Source of the DNA: a virus
Taxonomy: Duplodnaviria; Caudoviricetes
Direction: 5' to 3' (one strand)
DNA: 58,838 nt
Virus record (IMG/VR): IMGVR_UViG_3300036855_000026
Location: 1-58,838 of that record
The position numbers were made by a program, and so were the translations under genes. This document shows positions 53,053 through 58,838 of this stretch, piece after piece (the first letter of the stretch is position 1; every line of letters begins with the position of its first letter). The notes under the pieces were generated by a model. The model was not told the DNA's origin, did not search any database, and saw only the letters and a list, made by a program, of their open reading frames with translations.

Positions 53053-53819
53053 CACTGTCCACGTTCACGCCGTCCGCTCGGCGCGGTGAACATCCCATCG
53101 CGGCCGACCTGCGCGGCGTCATCACCGAAGCCGCCCGGCGGGCGCCACGCTCCCAACAGGTCGCGCTCGGACCCTCCGAAATCGGCGAACCGTGCGCCCG
53201 GCAACTCGCCTACAAACTCATGCATCATCCGGCGAGCAACGCCGAATCCGACCCGTGGCCCTCCATTGTGGGCACCGCTGTACACGAATGGCTCGCGTCC
53301 GCGTTCACCGCCGCCAACACCCGGCTGGGTCGCATTCGGTACCTCGTCGAACAGTCCGTGACGATCCGCGACGGCCTGTCCGGCACGTGCGATCTGTACG
53401 ACGCCGACCACGCGCGAGTGATCGACCACAAAGTACCGGGCGCCACGTCCATGACCGAACAGAAAAAGCGCGGGCCGCGCGCCGGATACCGGTCACAGAT
53501 CCACCTGTACGGGCTCGGGTTCGCGCGCATGGGCCTGCCGGTACGGGACGTGGCGCTCGCCCTGTATCCGCGTGGCGGCCTGCTCTCCGGACTCTGGATA
53601 TGGAGCGAACCCTATGACGAGACGGTGGCGCTCGCGGCGCTCGCCCGCCATGACGCGATCCTCGAAGCCGCGAGCGCGTTGGACGTGAGCGGCCACCCAG
53701 ACCGGTACCGGATGCTGCCCCGGGAAACCGGCCACCACTGCACCTACTGTCCCTTTTGGAGTGCCGGTCCGGACACGGGCGACGGATGCCCCGGCACGCT
53801 CGCGGACGGTGCACCGTGA
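53049..53819 (+). CDS. PD-(D/E)XK (Cas4/RecB-like) exonuclease
   Basis: GPSEIGEPCARQL, GTAVH, GTCDL, DHK, QIHLYG, CTYCPF. Confidence 0.9.
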   Translation: MTLSTFTPSARRGEHPIAADLRGVITEAARRAPRSQQVALGPSEIGEPCARQLAYKLMHHPASNAESDPWPSIVGTAVHEWLASAFTAANTRLGRIRYLVEQSVTIRDGLSGTCDLYDADHARVIDHKVPGATSMTEQKKRGPRAGYRSQIHLYGLGFARMGLPVRDVALALYPRGGLLSGLWIWSEPYDETVALAALARHDAILEAASALDVSGHPDRYRMLPRETGHHCTYCPFWSAGPDTGDGCPGTLADGAP

Positions 53820-54019
53820 ACCAGACCACACATGCCTGCCCCGGGTGCCGACGATCCGTGGTCGCCGCGCGATTCGCGTGCGGACCGTGCTGGCGACAGC
53901 TGCCCGCCGACCTACGGCGCTCCCTCTGGGACACCTATCAGATAGACCGTGACGGCCACACCCGCGCCATGACACGAGCACGCGCCTGGTTTACCGACAA
54001 TCCTGTGAGGACACGTTGA
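53816..54019 (+). CDS. Small zinc-binding protein
   Basis: CPGC...ACGPCWRQLP. Confidence 0.7.
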   Translation: MNQTTHACPGCRRSVVAARFACGPCWRQLPADLRRSLWDTYQIDRDGHTRAMTRARAWFTDNPVRTR

Positions 54020-54405
54020 GCTACAACGAATACACCGATGAATGCTCCGACGACTACGCCACCGCCGAATCGGTCGGCAGCGTCGCCGACACTCTCCTGA
54101 GCGCCGCGAACGAGGCCATCGCCGCGCTCGGCGCCGAATACGAATCCCTCAAAGACACGTTGTCCTATAAGACTTCCGCGCTCGGCTCCGCGCACGCCGA
54201 ACTGATCGCGTTGCACCGGCGGCTACGCCAGTACCGGACCGGGAGCCACAACCCGCGCAACATCTACCGGTCCGGTGCCGACCGCGACACGGACGAACAC
54301 ATCGGGGTCATGTTCACGCCCGAAGTAGCGCGCCTCGTGGTGTGGGCGCTCAACACCCACGTGACGCCGAACGCCTCCCGAGTGGACGAGGCGAACGCCC
54401 GATGA
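54016..54405 (+). CDS. Hypothetical protein
   Basis: YRTGSHNPRNIY...IGVM...A..VV.ALN. Confidence 0.65.
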   Translation: MSYNEYTDECSDDYATAESVGSVADTLLSAANEAIAALGAEYESLKDTLSYKTSALGSAHAELIALHRRLRQYRTGSHNPRNIYRSGADRDTDEHIGVMFTPEVARLVVWALNTHVTPNASRVDEANAR

Positions 54406-54581
54406 GCAAACACATCGTGACCATCGTCCGATTCGACTACACGCTGACCGATCCGCAGTTCACCGCGTTCGAGCACGACGACCCCTTGGGGATGGCCATC
54501 GACGCCTACCTAGACCCCGAACCCGGCGACGCATTCGACGTCACCGTGCATTCCATTGTGGAAGCGGAGAACGCGACGTGA
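54402..54581 (+). CDS. Small acidic protein
   Basis: Coupled on both sides. Confidence 0.55.
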   Translation: MSKHIVTIVRFDYTLTDPQFTAFEHDDPLGMAIDAYLDPEPGDAFDVTVHSIVEAENAT

Positions 54582-55267
54582 CCGCCGCACTGTTCCCGCT
54601 CACCGACGACGCCGACATTGACATGCGCGCGCTCGCCAAAGTGAGTTGCCGAGACCTGACCGTCAACCAACGAGCCATGATCGGCGCGGCCGTCCTCGAC
54701 CGGTACACCAGCCCGGACGCCCGGACACCGTCCCCCGCTGGTGGCGGCGTGATGCGGCAACCCGTCACGCGCAGCGCCGCCGCGCGCATGTTCGACGTGT
54801 CCACCGCGCAAATCGACCGGGCCCGCATCGTCACCAACCGTGCAATCGACGAGTTGAAAACCGCAGCCTACCAAGGGAAAGTGCCGATCACCACGGCCGC
54901 GCGGGTCGCCACCACGATGACGCCAACCGAGCAACGTCAGTTTGTGCGCAAAGTAGCCGGTGGCGCCAAGCCACGCGTTATCGCGCCCCCCGACGGGCGG
55001 CCATCCGGCGCATTGCCCCCCATCGTGGCCAAGCCGATCACCGGCACCGCGCGCATCCGCAAACGAGTCAACGTCCTCGACGCGGACACCATCGCACGCA
55101 TTACCGCCACCTGGTCCGGGTACGCGTTCGGGCTCGCCGACATCACCGGCATCGACCCTGCCGCCACCGCCGACCAATGCGAACAGTGGGCGCGCAGCAT
55201 CACCGCGACCATCAAAGCACTGAGCAGGCTCCGCAAACTCATCAGGGAAACGGACACGACACCATGA
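54578..55267 (+). CDS. HTH protein resembling the ParB/Spo0J central region
   Basis: RDLTVNQRAMI...AARMFDVSTAQIDRAR...GKVPITTA. Confidence 0.7.
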   Translation: MTAALFPLTDDADIDMRALAKVSCRDLTVNQRAMIGAAVLDRYTSPDARTPSPAGGGVMRQPVTRSAAARMFDVSTAQIDRARIVTNRAIDELKTAAYQGKVPITTAARVATTMTPTEQRQFVRKVAGGAKPRVIAPPDGRPSGALPPIVAKPITGTARIRKRVNVLDADTIARITATWSGYAFGLADITGIDPAATADQCEQWARSITATIKALSRLRKLIRETDTTP

Positions 55268-56067
55268 CCGAGACCGCGTCCACAGTAGAACTGCTGGTCG
55301 TTGACACGTTGATCGTCGACCACGATGTACAGCGACCGCTTGACGAGCAACGGGCCGACCGGATGGCCGCCGACCTGCGACCCGAAGCGCTCGGCGTGCT
55401 GCACGTCTCGCAACGCGGCAACGGCGCACACCACATCATCGATGGACAGCACCGCGCCGCCGCCCTGCGCCGTGCTGGCCTCGGCGACACCACCGTGCGC
55501 TGCGTCGTCTACACGGGACTATCCCGCGCGACCGAAGCCGCGATGTTCGTTCGGCTCAACGAATCCCGCAACGTCATGGCGATCGACCGGTTCCGTATCA
55601 GGGTCGTCGAAGGTGACCCGGTCGCGGTCGCCATCACCGACCTGCTCACTGAATACGGGTGGCGTGTCCAATCCAGCACCAGCGACGGATCGTTTTCGGC
55701 GGTCGCCGCGATCGAAACCGTGTTCCGGGGCGCGAAAATGACCGACGGCGAAGCCAATGTGGACGCGTGTCACACGCTGCTCGGGATCATTACGGCCGCG
55801 TTCGGGCACAACGCGGATGGTGTCCGCCGCGAAATCGTCGCCGGACTCGGCCGGATCGTGCTCCGGCATGACATCGAACTCGACACCCGCAAACTCGTCG
55901 GGGAAATGTCGACGTTCCCGGGCGGCGCACGCGGCATCGTCGGTAAAGCCAAGGCGCTCAAAGACTTGCGCAACATCAACGTGTCGGATGCCATGGCGGA
56001 ATTCTTGGTGAGCCTGCACAACAAAGGCAAACGCACGCGGCGGCTACCCGAATGGCGCACCAGCTAG
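55264..56067 (+). CDS. ParB-like N-terminal domain protein (DUF6551/DGQHR type)
   Basis: VQRPLD...IIDGQHR...EAAMFVRLN. Confidence 0.85.
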   Translation: MTETASTVELLVVDTLIVDHDVQRPLDEQRADRMAADLRPEALGVLHVSQRGNGAHHIIDGQHRAAALRRAGLGDTTVRCVVYTGLSRATEAAMFVRLNESRNVMAIDRFRIRVVEGDPVAVAITDLLTEYGWRVQSSTSDGSFSAVAAIETVFRGAKMTDGEANVDACHTLLGIITAAFGHNADGVRREIVAGLGRIVLRHDIELDTRKLVGEMSTFPGGARGIVGKAKALKDLRNINVSDAMAEFLVSLHNKGKRTRRLPEWRTS

Positions 56068-56111
56068 GCCACTGACAACCGACCTCGTCAACGTCCACAA
56101 CAGAGAGAACA

Positions 56112-56819
56112 GTGATCATGCAACTTGACACGTATACGCCGCCCAGCTCTGATGACGGCGACCGGTTGCCCGCGAAAGAGATGGCGGGGCGCCCGCTGAT
56201 CGTCGCCGTACGCGAACACCGCACCGGCATCAAAACGGCGTTCAACTCCAACCCTGCCGACCCGGCGAAATACAAGCCGGAAGGGGGCGACGCGATCGGC
56301 CTCGACGTCGCCGACCTGTCCACCAACGCCATATATCTGGGCGTGCTGTGGTTCAACGGGGCCATTGTGGACGGTTTGCGCCCCTATGTGGGGCAGACGC
56401 TTCCGGTCAAGCTCGTGTTCACGGCGGCGAAAGGCGGGGGGAACGCGTACCTGGCGCCGGAACCGTTGGACGGGGCAGAGTTGGCCGCCGCTCGCGGGTG
56501 GGCGGCGAGCAACCCCACCCGGTTCGAGACCGAACGCGCCAGCCGGGCGGCCAACGGCATTCCGCCGATCCCGGGAGCACCGGACGCGCCGCCCGCGTGG
56601 GCAGCGCCCGTCAACCACACGGCAACCCCGCCGCTCGCCTACACGGCAGCGACCACCACGCAGGTTCCGGTTGCCACGCCCGCGTATGCGCCGCCTGCCG
56701 CTGCGCAACCGTCCTATGTGGCGCCCGCCGCGACGCCCACGTACGACCCGAACGATCCGGCGGTGCAAGCGCTGCTCGCGCAGATCGCGAACGGACAGAT
56801 CCCGGTCCCGCCCGCGTGA
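56112..56819 (+). CDS. Putative ssDNA-binding/recombination protein with Pro/Ala-rich tail
   Basis: Beta-rich N domain GRPLIV...DVADL...GGNAYL; position in replication arm. Confidence 0.5.
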   Translation: MIMQLDTYTPPSSDDGDRLPAKEMAGRPLIVAVREHRTGIKTAFNSNPADPAKYKPEGGDAIGLDVADLSTNAIYLGVLWFNGAIVDGLRPYVGQTLPVKLVFTAAKGGGNAYLAPEPLDGAELAAARGWAASNPTRFETERASRAANGIPPIPGAPDAPPAWAAPVNHTATPPLAYTAATTTQVPVATPAYAPPAAAQPSYVAPAATPTYDPNDPAVQALLAQIANGQIPVPPA

Positions 56820-56968
56820 ACAGTCCACTAGAACCGAGCGCTGACATTCGGCAATTCTCGTCGGCCATGCGGCAAATGTTTGTGGCCTTGACGTTGGAAG
56901 GATTCACCGAAAAACAGGCACTCGTGATCATTGGTCAAGTGCTGGCCGGTCGATCACCCGGTAAATGA
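56816..56968 (+). CDS. Small hypothetical protein
   Basis: MRQMFVAL..EGFTEKQAL.IIG. Confidence 0.65.
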   Translation: MNSPLEPSADIRQFSSAMRQMFVALTLEGFTEKQALVIIGQVLAGRSPGK

Positions 56969-56988
56969 ACAAGGAAAGGAATGCCACT

Positions 56989-57222
56989 GTGGACAATCAG
57001 CAGACGCTGATCACCGGCTATCGGGAACTCAACCCGGCCGAAATCGACGCCGTCAACCTGATCAAAGGCGCCGAAATCGACCTCGGTCACCTGTGGCGGG
57101 ATTTCTTCGAGTCCGGCACCGTCGATGTTGACCGCCGGTGGATGGCGGTCGCGAAAACCCACTTTGAGGAAGGGTTCTCCGCGTTCGTCCGCGCCATCGC
57201 GCAACCCGTGCCGAGGTTCTGA
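56989..57222 (+). CDS. acb2: Acb2-like anti-CBASS cyclic-nucleotide sponge
   Basis: MDNQ...GYREL...EID..N.IK...RW.A.AKT...VRAIAQP; RBS AAAGGA. Confidence 0.85.
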   Translation: MDNQQTLITGYRELNPAEIDAVNLIKGAEIDLGHLWRDFFESGTVDVDRRWMAVAKTHFEEGFSAFVRAIAQPVPRF

Positions 57223-57380
57223 CACGCCGCACCGAACACAACTCCATATCGTCTCGTCCGGTGGCCGACCCGCAGATAAGAGCGAGCAGCACACGGTTTC
57301 CCAGCAGAGAGCGGGTGGACCAACTCGCCGCCACCATCCCCGCACCAGGTCAACGCAACCCCGGCCCGGAGGCATGTCCG

Positions 57381-58838
57381 ATGGACACCACCACAGCCCC
57401 ACCCGACATGCTCACCGTGGCGTTGGCCTGGTGCGCGGCGGGATTCTCCGTGATCCCCACCGCCACCAACGGAACCAAAGCCACGCTCGGCACCTGGAAG
57501 ACAAACCAGGAACACGCCGCCGACACTGCCACCGTCACCGGATGGTTCCGCAATGGACACCCCGGGCTCGGCGTTGTGTGCGGCACTGTCAGCGGCAACC
57601 TCGAAATGCTCGAACTGGAAGGGCGCGCCATCCTCGACGGAACCGGCGAACGGTTCCTTGCCGCCCTCGACGAATGCGGTTTGGGTGAGGTGAAACGGCG
57701 CGTCCTCGCCGGATACTGCGAACAGTCACCCAGCGGCGGAATCCACATCCTGTACCGGGTGGACGGAGCGCCCGTCGCCGGAAACGCGAAACTCGCGCAG
57801 CGGCCCAACCCCGCCGAGGACGGCGCGCGGGCGTATCCGCTGATCGAAACGCGCGGCAGCGGCGGGTACGTGGTCGTCGCGCCCTCGCACGGTCCCGTGC
57901 ACCAGAGCGGCAGACCCTGGGTGCTGGTCGCGGGCGCACCGTCCACTATCGCCACCATCAGCGCCGACGAATGCGCGGCACTCCATTCGGTCGCGCGCAG
58001 CTTCGACGAAATGCCCGCGCCCGACCCGATCCCCGATCCGGTCGCGATTGAACGCGGCGGCGGGCGCCTGCAACCCGGCACCGACTACAACGAACGCGCG
58101 AGTTGGGACGAGGTGCTCGGCCCCGCTGGCTGGGTCGCGGTCACCCGCAACGCGGTGCGGACACTGTGGCGCAGGCCCGGCAAGCGGCTGGGTGTCAGCG
58201 CGGCGACCGGCGGCGCGAGCGGCGACTTCCTGTACGTGTGGACCACATCCACCGAACTGCCCGCCGAGGTCGGCTTGTCGAAATGGCGGGCGTACGCGCT
58301 GCTCCACCACGGCGGCGATTTCTCGGCAGCGGCGAAAGCTCTGGGCGTGCTCGGTTACGGTAACCCCGTCGAACAGCCGCACCGTCCCGTGTTCACCGTC
58401 CTGCCGGGAGGCGGCAACGCGCTCGCGCCCGTCGTCGAGCTGGTGCCCGCCACCACCCACAGCAGAACCGACGACGCCCTAGCCCTCGCCCTGGTCGACG
58501 CGTACGGGTCCCGCATCCGGCACTGCGTCGACTGTGGCCAGTGGGTGGACTGGTCCGGTCAACGCTGGGAGCACGGGCCCGCCGCGACCGACACCGTCCG
58601 CGAACACGCCAAGACGATCGGGCGTGCCCTGCCTGACCAGGAGAGCGCCGACGTCCGGCACAAGGTGCATGCCCTGTCCGCGCAAGGCACCACGAACATG
58701 CTCACGCAGGCCCGCTCCGACCCGCGCGTCACCGTCCGGCATGACCAGTGGGACGCCGACCCCTGGGCGCTCAACACGCCCGGCGGCGTCGTCGACCTGC
58801 GCACGGGCGGCGTCCGTCCACACGACCCCGCCGAACGG
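57381..58838 (+). CDS. N-terminal part of primase-helicase (bifunctional primase/polymerase domain); continues across the junction to 1102
   Basis: GFSVIP...WK, GLGVVCG.VSGNLEMLELE, SPSGGIH, IETRGSGGYVVVAPS; no stop before the window end. Confidence 0.92.
   Translation, partial: MDTTTAPPDMLTVALAWCAAGFSVIPTATNGTKATLGTWKTNQEHAADTATVTGWFRNGHPGLGVVCGTVSGNLEMLELEGRAILDGTGERFLAALDECGLGEVKRRVLAGYCEQSPSGGIHILYRVDGAPVAGNAKLAQRPNPAEDGARAYPLIETRGSGGYVVVAPSHGPVHQSGRPWVLVAGAPSTIATISADECAALHSVARSFDEMPAPDPIPDPVAIERGGGRLQPGTDYNERASWDEVLGPAGWVAVTRNAVRTLWRRPGKRLGVSAATGGASGDFLYVWTTSTELPAEVGLSKWRAYALLHHGGDFSAAAKALGVLGYGNPVEQPHRPVFTVLPGGGNALAPVVELVPATTHSRTDDALALALVDAYGSRIRHCVDCGQWVDWSGQRWEHGPAATDTVREHAKTIGRALPDQESADVRHKVHALSAQGTTNMLTQARSDPRVTVRHDQWDADPWALNTPGGVVDLRTGGVRPHDPAER
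58712..58838. repeat. 127-bp terminal overlap, identical to 1-127
   Basis: Direct comparison of the two ends. Confidence 0.97.

Noticed and set aside
53049-53819. CRISPR Cas4
   Set aside because: Stand-alone PD-(D/E)XK exonuclease in a replication arm, common in actinophages.
54578-56067. ParABS plasmid-prophage partition system
   Set aside because: No ParA Walker-box ATPase or parS array; an integrase is present.
58712-58838. Biological direct terminal repeat
   Set aside because: Length 127 matches a common assembler k-mer and it interrupts an essential gene; the HNH-terS layout points to ends near 4.7 kb.
1-58838. tRNA, rRNA or tmRNA genes
   Set aside because: No cloverleaf with T-loop consensus recognised in intergenic regions by eye; tRNAscan-SE or ARAGORN would be decisive.

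Overview
The window is an apparently complete, GC-rich temperate siphovirus genome of an actinomycete host. Bases 1-127 equal 58712-58838, so it is a circular ~58.7 kb assembly, opened inside the primase-helicase gene. Host is probably a non-mycolate actinomycete (XRE-DUF5753/DUF397 pair, two Lsr2 genes, GH25 endolysin, no recognisable lysin B); this is inference. Layout: iteron-rich putative origin and late-control genes (1.1-4.6 kb); packaging, head, tail and lysis genes (4.8-28.7 kb, + strand); a mainly leftward accessory region (28.9-37.4 kb); rightward early genes (37.8-40.9 kb); candidate attP and large serine integrase (43.5-45.6 kb); repressor/Cro switch (49.0-49.9 kb); and a replication/recombination arm with a DNA methyltransferase, PD-(D/E)XK nuclease, ParB-like proteins and an Acb2-like anti-CBASS sponge. 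Top candidate for an undescribed system: three fibre genes between terminase and portal whose shared knob domain is split at the same point across gene boundaries, suggesting a base/self-polymerising extender/tip fibre built by strand complementation. Also notable: a di-glycine-terminated small protein paired with a CAHP protein, a trypsin homologue with catalytic His->Asp between 22-bp direct repeats, and a glycosyltransferase inside the head operon. All calls come from motif recognition only; no searches were run.
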